This document shows, piece after piece, positions 26,920-39,769 of a stretch of DNA of 64,000 bases. Origin of the DNA: Callorhinchus milii. Taxonomy: Eukaryota. Below the pieces are notes generated by a model. The model was given only the letters and a program-made list of their open reading frames with translations. It ran no database searches and had not been told where the DNA came from. A program made the position numbers and the translations under genes. The DNA lies in NCBI RefSeq assembly GCF_018977255.1, contig NW_024704742.1, forward strand, positions 126,234,001 through 126,298,000, read 5' to 3'. How positions within the stretch are numbered: the stretch's first letter is position 1; every line of letters starts with the position of its first letter.

Positions 26920-27700
26920 TGTCAGAAAGACATGTTTTCAATAAATTAGATAAATAGGGTTGATGTCTTGATCTGTAAAGGAGGTTTTTCATTCAAATAT
27001 GGGAGGGAAGTGCAAGGATGGATGAGATGAAACTTGTTAAAGAGGAAGCTGAAAGAGATCTAGGAGTGTCAATTGACTCATCGCTCACCGTGTCAAAACT
27101 GTAATAAACCAGGCAAACAGGAATTTGCCAGATAAGTTTAATTCACATTCCCGGGAGTTCACATTAAGTTAAGAAGTGCTCTGTCAGGCCGGACTTAAGA
27201 GTACTGTGTACAGTTCTGGTCCCCGCAACATAAGGTACTGCAGAGGAGAGCAACAAGGATGATCCTCAATGTTAGAGGAATGAACAATGAGTAACCAATA
27301 GACAACTAAGACTCTTCAGTCTTGAATAGAGATGTCACAGAGGGTCCTAAAATCTTGAAAGGGATTGCAAAAATAAACCGAGAACATTACTTTTGGGTGC
27401 ACCAAGACCAAAGAACATAGGTTTAGAGTTCGCCCACAAAATATACAGTCAATTGTAGTATATTCTGTGAGGGCTTTGGGACATCTCAATGATGTGAGAA
27501 GGCGTTATATCAAATGCAAGGATTATTATTATTAAAGCACAATTTCAGAAGACACCAACAAAAAAAAATTATCCAGAGGGTAATGAACAATTGGAACAAG
27601 TTGCCAGGAAAGATGACTGTGATCAGGACACTGGACTCATTTAAGAAACAGCTCAATACTGGGTTGGGGAAATGGCAAATTTGGATATTCGGGAAGGATT
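26920..27700 (+). mobile_element. Old CR1 fragment interrupted by a SINE tail (~27430-27533)
   Basis: Decayed ERDLGV, EYCVQFWSP, QRRATRMI and QRVMNNWNKLP motifs. Confidence 0.75.
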
Positions 27701-27937
27701 ACAAGATCACAAGAGATGTTCTGGTGAAGAAAACCCTTCGACCCATTTGATCCCATTCCTCCAGAAAACCCACCCTACAGTCCTCCCATAACAGCATCAA
27801 GCTGCTTTCAAAATGAGTCTGTCTTGTTTTGTGGTGCAAAATAATGGCACTGCTTGTTCCTGAAAGAGGAAGTAATAAAATATTAGAGGGATTTGTGTTC
27901 AATTCTATGGAGCTTTAACTCAATTGTAAGAAAAAAA

Positions 27938-27938
27938 N
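27938..27938. other. Single ambiguous base (N)
   Basis: 'aaaaaaantc'; a possible assembly or contig junction. Confidence 0.95.
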
Positions 27939-28159
27939 TCTCCAACTGTGCAACTTAAAACAGTTGAATCTTTTAAGATCACAGTAATTTTACAATTAAT
28001 TCATCAATTTGTAGTGTTATTCACTTATTATCTAAATGTTTAACCTGCTTTCAGCAATCCCACTGGTTAAATACAGGATGTAGGTATTTCTATCTATTTA
28101 TCGAGCCCAGACAATGGTCTCAAAATGATTTTCAGAATGAACACTACTTATTATTTCTA

Positions 28160-29334
28160 TCCTTTCCTCAAAGTGCTTCACAGAATATCAACTTCGCGCA
28201 CAGCTCTCCTCCCACTCCCTCTTCGAACTCTTCCAATCCAGTTTCCGCTCTGCCCACAGTACAGAGACTGCGCTTGTGAAAGTCACAAACGACATCCTCT
28301 CTATCTGTGACCAGGGATCCCTCTGCCTCCTTGTCCTCCTGGACCTCTCTGCGGCGTTTGACACAGTCGATCATGCCATCCTCCCATTTACACGGACGAC
28401 ACCCAACTCTATTTTTCCACCTCTCTTTGCGACCCCCAGTCCCCTGATGTTCTGTCAGCCTGCCTGTCAGATCTCAGGGGCTGGATGAGCGCAAATTTCC
28501 TTCAGCTAAACGTTGACAAAACGGAAGCCATACTCTTTGGCTCTCATCAACGTCTAAAATCTCACGGCTCTCACCTCCTCCACCTACCCGGCCTCCCCCT
28601 AAAACTTTCCGAACCCGTATACAACCTAGACATCAGGTTTGACCCCCAATTATCCTTCCTTACCCACATTCAGTCCCTCACCAGCACCGCCTTCTTCCAC
28701 CTCCGACGCATCGCCTGCCTCTGCCAATTTCTCTCTCCGAAAGCTGCTGAAACCCTAGTCCATGCCCTTGTCACCTCTCGGCTGGACTAATCTAACGCCC
28801 TCCTCGCCAGTCTCCCATCCACTACCATTCATAAAATCCAGATCATTCAAAACTCTGCCGCCCGCATTCTCATCCACACCAAACTCCGCTCCCCGATCAC
28901 CCCAATCCTTGCCAGACTGCACTGGCTGCCTGTCCCAGAGAGGATCGATTTCAAGATCCTCACCCTTGTATTCAAATCCCTCCACTCCTCTGCACCCCCC
29001 TACCTCTCTGACCTCCCCTCTCCTCAAAACAGTACCCGTTGCCTTCGTTCCTTCTGGTCTGGCCTCCTCCTCGTCCTCCAAGTCCTCTGCTCCACCCTCG
29101 ATGGCCGTGCCTTCAGCCACTATGCGCCGAGGCTCTGGAACTCCCTTCCTCACTCCCTTCGCCTTGCTCCCTCTCTTCGCATTTTCAGGTCTCTGCTGAA
29201 GACCTTTCTCTTCGACCGCGCCTTTGGTCACCTTCCTCCACATCCCCCTGACTCTGCACCGAGATCCATTACTGTGAAGCGCTCTGAGACGCCGTCCGGA
29301 GTGGAGGGTGCTATATAAATCCAAGTTGTTGTTG
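28160..29334 (+). mobile_element. L2 LINE family B, 5'-truncated
   Basis: KVTNDIL...[26 protein letters not shown] and SRLD motifs. Family-B hairpin tail ending (TTG)n. Confidence 0.92.
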
Positions 29335-30499
29335 TATACTGCAAAGTGGATTGACTGTATATTTTGTGGGTGAAAATAATAATGTTCTAGGGTACAATAG
29401 GTAAACAGGGAGAAACTGGGTGGATCACCAGAAGCACAGATTTAAAATAATTGGCAATACATCCAGAGGGAAGACATCAAGACATTTTTTTACCTAGAGA
29501 GTTGTTACGATCTGGAATGCACTGCCTGAAAGGGTGTTGGAAGCAGATTCGATAACAGCTTTCAAAAGGGAATTGGATAGGTATTCGAAAAATAAATATT
29601 TGCAAGGCAATGGGTTAAGAATGGGGGAGTGGAACTTGTTGGATAGCTGTTTCAAAGAACCGGCATAGGCAAGATGGGTCGAATGGCCTCCTTCTGTCCT
29701 GTAAGATTCTATGATTCTAATTAAAGCAACGTCAAACGTGTTTGCCTATATTATAACCACTGGCAAACAGTTTGACAAATGCCCTTTACATAACATTGGG
29801 CACGGGCGAAGAGGAAGGTCTTCAGACGCAATCTGAAGCTGCTTAAAGAGAAGGCAAGCCAGAGGGATTGAGGTAGAGGGTTCCATAGGTTCTGAACTTA
29901 GTGGCTGAAGGCACGGTCACCGATGGTAGTGGGGACGAGGGCTGCACAGAAGGGCTAAGTTGGCCGAGTGAAGGGGGCAGTCTAGTTGATATCATTAGCC
30001 TGGGTCCTTGCTGTAATATCTCACATATAACTCAGATTTCACCTTTCAATTTCTTATTTTTTGAAGCATTTATAATCAAAAAAAAATTTCTGTCATAATT
30101 GAGTTTAAATAGTGTCACAAAGCTGAATTGATTTATAGATTTTTTTTAAGAAATGTTTGATATTAATCACACAATTATTTTAGAGGGCGATGATGAGTGA
30201 TTAATGTTTCTGACTAAAAGAGCTTTTAATAAACCAGCAGCCTGATCAGTCATCAAAATAAAATAAACTCTGAATGAGCTCTTTTCAGTGAAGAAGAGTG
30301 AAAAAATTCTAGTCCAAGCAATCTTCTAGGAAAAAAAATGCCATCAACCTTTAAATTTTGACCCCTGCCCTATCCACCCCACCATTCGCAGGCAAGATTT
30401 CAACCATTCTTCCCCGCTCTCTGGAAATCGATCCCAGAGTCCCTCCAATTCCTTCCTTCCCCTCATTCAAGGCCCATCCTTTTTGATCCTGCTTTCCGT

Positions 30500-30868
30500 C
30501 ATCCTGTAGCTCAGTGCTTGCCTTGCAAGTGAGAGATCTGGGTTTGATTCCGGCAGGGTGAAATGTTGGGCAAGTTTCCTTACTCCACAAGCCTCTGTTT
30601 GCCTAGCAGTAAGTAGGAACACGGTTGTTAGTCGATTGACAGATCACTTTTGTGGGGATAATGATACTTCAAAATAAAAAAAATTATAATTTGGTTACTC
30701 AATCCACAACTGTTTGTGGGACACTGCTGTGCATAATTGGCTGCCGCATTTCGACTGTAAATATACAGTCAATTCACTTTACAATATATTCTCTCAAGCG
30801 CTTTGAGACATCTAGAAGATGTGAAAAGCTGTATCAAATGCAAGTATTATTATGATTATTATTATTAT
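30500..30868 (+). mobile_element. tRNA-derived Deu-SINE (long form)
   Basis: Same family, plus the internal block ctctgtttgcctagcagtaagtaggaac...gtcgattg. Confidence 0.85.
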
Positions 30869-32413
30869 CCTTCTCCCCCGACTCAACCGTTTCAACTCCC
30901 ACCTCCATCTCAGGTGCATCCACCATTGTGAATGTGCTATGGGATGACCTCCCAACTCTATAAATGGCAATTATTGTATCTAACCTGGACCTGGCCAAAA
31001 GCAATGCAGGAGAAGTTCCATCTGAAGCTTAACTACATAACTTGCAGACGGATTCAATAATGGAACATGAATTTGAGAACCCAAATCCTTTCATTTTCAC
31101 CACAAGTGCTGCAGTGTTAGGACGGACAGTGTAAGTCCATTTAGAAAAGATTATGTTCCATAAATGATAAGCCTTCAGTGCATAAATTGATACTATACCC
31201 ATAAATCCCTGTGGAGTTATTTAAGAGCTTTAAGGGAATTGAGCAGCTAAAAAGTGGACAACGCTTCACTGTGGTAGAGGATTACAAAACTGGGGACAAA
31301 TTCATAATATCAGAGCTAGGATGATTAGAAGTGAGATCAGAAAATATTTATTCACACAGAATGTGGAATGCACACCCCTGAAAGCCCATAGATAAAATAA
31401 TCAATTGGAATGTTTATAAAGCAGATAGATGGATACTTGGTAAGTAAGTGTGTGTGGAAAAAGCAGAGAAATGAGATCAAAAGATCTGCTAGAATCTGGT
31501 AAACTGACAGAAGAGGCTTGATGGGCAAAATGATTTATTCCTGTTCCCACGATCCTATATTTCTAACTCAACCAGGCACCTTTACTGTTGTTTTTTGTTA
31601 AAAGAATTACATAGAACATTGCGGGCCATTCAGCCCAACTAGTCCATGACAATGTCTATACACCACATGAGCCTCTGCCCCCCTTAATCCCCTTTCTCAT
31701 ACCTCTCTATTCCCTTCTCCCTCACGCATGAGTTGTGATTAATATCCTTTCATTTCTTATCACAGCATCCATGTCATTTGTGTCAATTGATTTACATGGA
31801 AGCAATGTGACCAGCCTGTCTTCCCGTTGCCGTGAATACATATGATGCATTTTAGGAAATCCAGGTTCACTAAATAAGAATAATATTGTCCGAATGATTC
31901 CTGAAAGTAAACATCAACCAATATCTATTCAGAAGAGGTTTAGTGAAGAAGAATTATTGTTGACTGTTGACATGCCAGCACTTTGCATTGTGCTACCCTA
32001 GGTAGCTAACACCTTAGGTTTCAAAGCAATTAATAGCTGCCACCAAGCGAGGAGGAACTAACCTCTGTGACAATTTGCTTTTACTTTACTGAGAAAATTA
32101 TAGCATATATGAATCAGAACTGGTAACTGGAACAAGCTATGATGAAGTAGTGTGCATCTTAAATATAAGCTCATTGCTCTTCTTTTAAATTGCATCCCTT
32201 GAGTCAGAGTCAGCCGGTCAAATAATAATAATCCTTATATTTGCTACAGCTCCTTATCATGTTGAAAAGTCATTGTAAAGCACTTCACAGGATTTACTGT
32301 AACTATGTCTAAGTGCAGTGTCCCCGTGTACTCTTGCCAACAATTCTCCAGATAAAGTGAATCATTCAATTTATGACCATTTGTAGGACATTGCTGTGGT
32401 CCTCTTTGACAGT

Positions 32414-33043
32414 AGCCCTGTAGCTCAGTGGTTAGAGCACTCGCTTTGCAAGCGAGAGACCTGAGTTCAATTCCAGGCAGGGCGAAACCTTGGGCAAGTT
32501 TCCTTACTCCACACGCCTAATAATAATCCCTCCAAAACCAAAAACAATAATAAATTGGTCATTTTCAATCCATGACTGTTTGTGGGACATTGCTGTGCGC
32601 AATTGGCTGCCGCGTTCGCCCACAAATATACAGTCAATTCACTTTACAGTATATTCTGTGAAGCGCTTTGGGACGTCCTCCCGACGTGAAAAGCGCGGTA
32701 TCAAATGCAAAGATTATTATTGTGGAGTCCTGTAGCTCAGTGGTTAGAGCACTCGCTTTGCAAGTGAGAGACCTGAGTTCAATTCCAGGCAGAGGGCGAA
32801 ACCTTGGGCAAGTTTCCTTACTCCACACGCCTAATAATAATCCCTCCAAAACAATAATAAAATTGGTCATTTTCAATCTACGACTGTTTGTGGGACATTG
32901 CTGTGCGCAATTGGCTGCCGCGTTCGCCCACAAATATACAGTCAATTCACTTTACAGTGTGTTCTGTGAAGCGCTTTGGGACGTCCTCCCGACGTGAAAA
33001 GCGCTATATCAAATGCAAGGATTATTATTATTATTATTATTAT
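32414..33043 (+). mobile_element. Head-to-tail dimer of two full-length tRNA(Ala)-derived Deu-SINEs
   Basis: Copies at 32414-32721 and 32725-33043. Anticodon arm CTCGC-TT-TGC-AA-GCGAG in the first copy. Confidence 0.93.
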
Positions 33044-33199
33044 GTTCAATTGTTATGGAACTCTGTGGCAAGAACATAGAAAACAACATGTGAACTATAA
33101 AAAGGAAATGCAATAAAAAACAAAAACAAACAAAGCTTATTAGGCAGCGGTGAGTAATTACCTAATATTTTAATCGATGTTGTGATAACATCATGAATC

Positions 33200-33990
33200 A
33201 TTCATGATTCATCCACAGTTGCATACTCCACCTTACCAAGCCAGTTAGGAACCTGGGAGTCTTGTTCGACCCTCAGCTGTCCATTCTCCCCCATATCCAT
33301 GCCATGACCCGCTCTGCCTTCCCCCACCTCCGCAACATTGCCCGACCCCGCCACTGCCTTACCTCTCAGGCTGCTGAAACCCTCATACAAGCATTCGTCA
33401 CCCCAAGGCTTGACTACAGAAACTCCTTCCTTGTTGGCCTCCCAACTCTTCCCTCCACAAGCTGCAGATCATTCTGAACTCTGCAGCTTGAATCCTTTTG
33501 CGCACCAGGCTACATGACCCCATCACCCCACCCTTGCCTGACTCCACTGACTTCCCATCCCTCAGAGGATAGAATTCTAAATACTCATCCCCATTTTCAA
33601 AGCCCTCCACTGCCTTGCCCCCTCCTATAGCTCTGACCTGCTGAACCTCCATCAACCTGTCCACTCCCTCTGCTCAGCAGGCTCCGGCCTGCTCCAGATC
33701 TCCAACCGATCAGCCCTACCATCGGCGGCTGGGCTTTCAGCCTCTCTGCCCCCATTCTTTGGAACCCCATCCCACAATCCCTTCGCCTTGCTCCCTCCTT
33801 TGCCTCCTTTAAGGCACGACTCAAGATCCTCCTTTTTGACCGTGCCTTCAGCCGCCCTCCTACGCTCTCTGCCTTCCCTCATCCCAAAATTTCCCCCCAT
33901 GGTCGGGTATTGATCCCTGACTGTTCAGTGCCTTGGGACGTCCTCCCGATATTAAAGGCGCTTTCCAAATGTAATTTTGTTGTTGTTTTT
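33200..33990 (+). mobile_element. L2 LINE family A fragment
   Basis: FDPQLS...HLRNIAR...PRLDY, then tail ccttgggacgtcctcccgat...(TTG)n. Confidence 0.88.
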
Positions 33991-34004
33991 CCTGCATTGT
34001 ATTG

Positions 34005-34335
34005 ATTAGAGCACTCGCCTCGCAAGCAAGAGGACCTTGGTTCGATTTCTGGCAGGGTGAAATCTTAGGCAAGTTTCTTTACTCCACACACCTCCATTTA
34101 CGTAGCAGTAAGTAGGAACCCAGTTGTTAGTCGATTGGTCGATTGGCGGATCACTTTCCAGGAGTAATAATCCCTTAAAAAATTTGGTCAGCCATGGATA
34201 GCAACATTGATGTGTGCAATTGGCTGCCACGTTTCGCCCACAAAATATACAGTCAATCCACTTTATAGTATATTCAGTGAAGTGCTTTGAGATGTCTCAA
34301 CAAGGTGAAAAGCTATATCAAATGCAAGGATTATT
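34005..34335 (+). mobile_element. Deu-SINE (long form, diverged)
   Basis: Partial tRNA head, internal block, Deu core and tail. Confidence 0.8.
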
Positions 34336-34647
34336 CTGTTCGTGAATGTGCCCAGAGCACTGAGATTTGATTGTTGACTAACTCACAGTAAGTCTAAAGT
34401 GTAGGTAAAATAAGCTGAAAGATTACTTATTGATTGAGGTTGCTCCTCGCAAGTGAGACATGTGGATGGTTATAAATTTTCTAGAAACACCAAGCAATTG
34501 GTGTTGGGGGTAGGCGGTTCAAAGTTTGGTTGAAATCTGAATAGTGAATTATTCAGGTGACAAGTTAATTATCCTTGAGACACAGGTAGCTGAGTATAGT
34601 ATATCACCTCTCTCTCACTTGTAATGTGTTGTAATTCACGTGTAAAG

Positions 34648-35767
34648 GTCTGCCTGTACGACATTGAGTCCTGGATGAGAGACAACTTTCTTCAGCTCAA
34701 CGTGTGCAAAACTGAGGCTCTCCTGATTAGCTCGCGTCAGCGCCTCCGCACCTCAGGCACTGACAGCATCAGCATCCAAGGCTGCACTCTCCACCTCTCA
34801 AAGCCAGTCAGGAACCTCGGCGTTCTGTTCGACCCTGAGTTGCCCTTTCTTCCCCACATCCGCGCCACAACTGGCACCGCCTTCCATCACCGCCGGAACA
34901 TCGCCAGACTATGGCACTACCTCACCCCTCACGCTGCTGAAACCCTGGTTCACGCCTTTATCACCTAAAGGCTGGACTATGGGAACTCTCTCCTCGCCGG
35001 CCTTCCCGGCACCTCCCTCCACAAGCTGCAGGTCATTCAGAACTCTGCAGCTTGTGTACTGTCCCGCACCAGGCTTCGCGACAACATCATTCCCACCCTC
35101 GCTCGCCTCCACTGGCTCCCCATCCCCCAGAGGATTGATTTCAAGATCCTCATCCTCGCCTACAAGGCCATTCACGGCCTTGCTCCCTCCTACCTCACCG
35201 ACCTATTATCCCCCTATCTACCTGCCCATACCCTCCATTCCTCTGGCTCCGGTCTGCTCCACATCCCCCGCCCCATCCGCCCTACCATCGGTGGCCGGGC
35301 CTTCAGCCTCTCAGCCCCTAGGCTCTGGAACTCTATCCCCCAGTGCCTTCGCCGCCTCCTCCCTTTCCTCCTTCAAGGCCGGTCTCAAGACCTTTCTCTT
35401 TGACCGAGCCTTCAGCTCCCCTCTCGACTCTCTTCCCCCTCCTCGCTCCCTCCCTTCCCTCCCCTCACCCTGACCATTTCCCCCCTCCTCGCTCCCTCCC
35501 TTCCCTCCCCTCACCATGACCATTCCCCCCCATCCTCGCCCCCTCCCTTCCCTTCCCTCCCCGCACCCTGACCATCTCCCCCCTCCTCACTCTCTCCCTT
35601 CCCTCCCCTCACGCTGACCATTTCCCCCTCCTCACTCACTCCCTTCCCTCCCCTCACCCTGACCATTTCCCCCCTGCTCGAGTCCTGACCCAACTGTCCA
35701 GCGCTTTGGGACGTCCTCCCAACCTGAAAGGCGCTCTATAAATGGAATCTTGTTGTTGTTGTTGTTG
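34648..35767 (+). mobile_element. Young L2 LINE family A with tandemly expanded 3' UTR
   Basis: Closely similar to the 415-1410 copy in the opposite orientation ([15 protein letters not shown]...). Complete tail ending (TTG)n. Confidence 0.93.
35431..35670. repeat. 5 x ~45-bp pyrimidine-rich tandem unit in an L2 3' UTR
   Basis: Unit ccccctcctcgctccctcccttccctcccctcaccctgaccattt. Confidence 0.9.
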
Positions 35768-36234
35768 CAAAACGATGAGATGATGCAAGGCCTTAGTCAA
35801 AAGTGATCTGAATCCAGATTTTATTTTTCAAAAATGCTTGATACCTACTTTTCTGTGCGTGTCAGACACCCAGGTAACTGAAAAGAAATGGTGTACAACA
35901 CTTGCGGAATGTTTCAGCTTTCAAAAATATGTACTTTTCTTTCAAGATAAACACTGGAAAAAAATGATTTCTTGTAGTTTTCCATTACAGAGTGTAATTA
36001 AAATAGTATCAGAGGAATCCAATGGAAAATCAAATTATTATTACCTCATAGCATTCTGAGTAAAATAAAAACAAATCTTATTCAATTTGATTTTTTGATC
36101 TGTCCTTCAGATGAGACATTAAATCAAGGTGCCGTCTGCCTGTTTAGGTGGATATTAAAGATCCCATGGCACTATTCAAAAAGAGAAGGGAGTTCCTCCA
36201 GGTATTCTGGTCAACTATCCTCCAAATAAACAAT

Positions 36235-36566
36235 TAATAATAATAATAATAATAATAATCCTTGCATTTGATATAGCGCTTTTCACGTCGGGAGGACGTC
36301 CCAAAGCGCTTCACAGAACACACTGTAAAGTGAATTGACTGTATATTTGTGGGCGAACGCGGCAGCCAATTGCGCACAGCAATGTCCCACAAACAGTCGT
36401 AGATTGAAAATGACCAATTTTTATTATTGTTTTTGGTTTTGGAGGGATTATTATTAGGCTCTGTGTGGAGTAAGGAAACTTGCCCAAGGTTTCGCCCTCT
36501 GCCTGGAATTGAACTTAGGTCTCTCGCTTGCAAAGCGAGTGCTCTAACCACTGAGCTACAGGACTC
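36235..36566 (-). mobile_element. Young Deu-SINE (short form)
   Basis: Reverse complement is nearly identical to 32725-33043. Confidence 0.92.
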
Positions 36567-39561
36567 CACAGAGTGTTTTGCGGACATTGTGTTTTGTCCA
36601 CAAAATACAGTCAATCCACTTTACAGTATATACTGTGAAGTGCTTTGAGACATCTCAATGATGTGATAAGGCACTACATCAAATACAAGTATTATTATTA
36701 TTAAGTGGTTTTCAGTGGGAGAGGAATCAGATTAAAATGGACCATTCTGTTGAGATTCTAGGAAACAAGAATACCCAAATAACTTTAATTGTTTCCTTTA
36801 ACCAATCGAAAGATAACTCACAGAGGATTTTTCTTTTTTGGGAAGCAATTAATAGAAATGGATTTGTATAATCCTGGAGTTGTCTAAATCCATACCAAAT
36901 CCAGCCGGTAAGCAGAAGCAGATGGTAGGACAGAGTAGCAGCTGCATATGAAAACATGTGAATTCAAATCAACATTGTGCTTCTTTAATGCTATTATGTA
37001 TTTTGCCAAAAGGTATCAAAAGCTCGCAAACTAATACAAATTCCATTGGTACCGAGAGCAATGATGTCTTGCTCTTTTTTCATATTAAAGGATTTCGAGA
37101 TGGTCCCATTATTGAAACCCTTTACGTAGGACCTAGTATAAAGATAGACTAGAAAGCCATCTAATAAATTAATCCCCAAAGATAAAGCATGCAGTCCAAA
37201 TAAAGCATTCTGTTCACAAATTCCCAACACAGTAAATATCAGTAAACAATGCTAGACCGTTGGATGTTCTGGCTCCCTGCTAATTTAACGAATAAAACTA
37301 ATTTGATTTGGGTTGATAAGGCCAAAAAGAAGAACTACCATTTTGCTAGCAAATTGCTTTTTTAAAAATAAATAATCTTATAATCTGCAATTAGAAGAAA
37401 CAAACCCAGAACATTCATATTTAGAGAATTTCAGTTTAAAATCAATTAAATGAATTGAATGGAATATTACCTTCATTCAGCATCTGCACCTTCTCTAATG
37501 CCTCATCAAAACAAAAGGTTGAATCTTTGAGGATTTCTTTTGATAAAAGCTTCACAGAAGGCAGAGATCACATGCTTGGAAACTGCTGAGAAGTAAATGT
37601 GTTGATCCATGTTCTCCGTTTGTAATTGATGTCATTTGGTGAAGAATCCATCTCTTTCTAAAGACTGGATTATACTCCAGGGTGTAGAGTCTTTATTAGA
37701 CTTTCTGAATCGATCTTTTCATTTTACTGGGTTTTAGTTCACATTTGGCACTCGGAATGGAGCTTCAAAATGCTACAGTTGTGTGGTTTGCTTTTTTTCC
37801 CTTCTCTCTCGTTGCTGTGCTATTTAGCTTCTAGAGTTTTCTTACCATGTTCCAGACATTGTGCGGCAAGATCCTGATGAATTAATTTTACCTTGCCAGC
37901 AAATTATTTAAATGCAAAAGCAAATTATTTCTGGTAATGGCACTTTTTACTCAGTCTGAGCCGACACTCCAGTGCAGCATGGGTTGCTGGGGGGGGGGGG
38001 GGTGGGGAGAGCACCACACTGTCAAGGGTACCATCCTTCGAATGAGTCATTATACTAAGTTAATGTGGCTGTTCAGTTGGACAATTGAAAAAGAGAAGGC
38101 ACTTTACAAAAAACAACTGATTAGAAATGAAGTGAATGTTCTCATATAGGCAAACATGTCAGTTTATCCAGGACCAGCCACGGCCGATAAACAATAATGA
38201 GATGAGCAGTGAATTTGTTTCAATTTGGGGGTAAATTTGGATTAAGAGGGGAATGTAAACCAAGATAACCTGGAAAAAGAGTCCATGTTTCTTTGAAATA
38301 GCAATGGCATTTTACATTGCAATAAATGTACATCGTTGGAGATTAAAATGGTTATTAAGCTAACATTTTCAGCAATGTACTCTATTGTGTATCAGGAGGG
38401 CACAGGGCTTTAACAGCATTTCCTGAAGATTTACTGCTTTGTCAAATTGAATCAATCTCAGCAAGACAAGTTTTGCACAAAATTGTTTCTAATTGAGACT
38501 CATCCATCAGCTGCTTACAGGGGCTGCTGTGTCCAAATGAATGTTCTGCCTCTTGCAAAATGAACTGATTTCTGAATTATTTACTAGGTCAATAAATGAA
38601 ATGGGGATTATGAAGTGGGAAATGTCCTGCTGTGAATGTTGACGATGAAACATTAATCACAAGTGTTAAATTTAAGTCTAATCACTGCTTGCTCGAATTT
38701 TGGTGGTATGGTATAATCCCTCGGAGTGTTAGAATGTAAGTCTATGTGAACTATTTATGTAAGGTAAGCTCTCAATCTGAGGCATGAAGAAAGACTAGAT
38801 GTTATACCACATTCAGAGAGGAATATTTAACTTGGTTGCTCCCATTCTCTGTCTCTGCCAGAAGTTAATAACATCCACAATGACGGAGATTTGGGAGCAA
38901 TGACTTAGCTGGTAACGTGACTGCCTAGAGTGAAAATCAGTCATGCAGATCAGGACATTTTAGATTCAATTCCCAGTCTATGCCTAGTTAGCTGATCTTG
39001 ACCAGAGTTCTAGATATAATTACGATACAATTTACCAGCCTCAACATCCAACAAATAATTCTCTGCCATTTCCGGCACCTTCAACGTCATTCAACCAGTA
39101 AGCATATCTTCCCCTCCCCTCTCAGCATTCCGAAGGGACCATTCCCTCCGTGACTCCCTGGTTCATTCCTCCATCACCACCAACAGTTGCTCACCCCTCC
39201 CCCCGGCACCTTCCCATGTCAGTGCAGGAGATGTAATTCCTCCCTTTCACCTCTCCCATACCACTGTCCAGGGCCCAAACACAGATTTCAAGTGAGACCG
39301 CGATTTACATGTACTACCATCAGCATAGTTTGCTGTATTCGCTGCTCACAATATGGTCTCTCTATATTGGGGAGATTGGGTGATCGATTCAGTCGAACAC
39401 CTATGTTCTGTTTGCAAGCACAACCTTGAGCTTCCGGTTTCTCTGGCCTCAATATCGATTTCAACAATTTCAGACTAAAACAGTTCACCTTCCCCCTCCC
39501 CCTCTTCTGTGACCATTACCACATCATCTGGTCCCAGACACACCTTTTCTCTCACAGAAAC

Positions 39562-39769
39562 AGAGAGAGCTGGGAAAACTCAGCAGGTCAGGCAGCATCT
39601 AAGGAGAAAGGAAAGTGAGTCAATGTTTCGGGTCCGCGACCCTTCATCAGAAAGTGGAAACCTGCCCTGACCCTTCAGTTCTGATGAAGGGTCGTGGACC
39701 CGAAACGTTGACTCACTTTCCTTTCTCCACAGATGCTGCCTGATCTGTTGAGTTTTCCCAGCTCTCTCT
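39562..39769. repeat. 91-bp inverted repeat with 26-nt spacer
   Basis: Arms at 39562-39652 and 39679-39769, about 6 mismatches by eye. Confidence 0.95.
39677..39713 (+). ncRNA. Minimal type I hammerhead ribozyme motif (Penelope-associated)
   Basis: AGTT-CTGATGA-A-GGGTC-gtg-GACCC-GAAAC-GTT-GACT: conserved CUGAUGA and GAAA boxes, 5-bp stem II, palindromic AACGTT at stem III, NUH site GUU, and 4-bp stem I (AGUU/GACU). Confidence 0.75.

Noticed and set aside
32414..32487. tRNA-Ala(TGC) gene
   Set aside because: It is the SINE head: no proper acceptor stem or terminator, and it continues into the SINE body in all copies.
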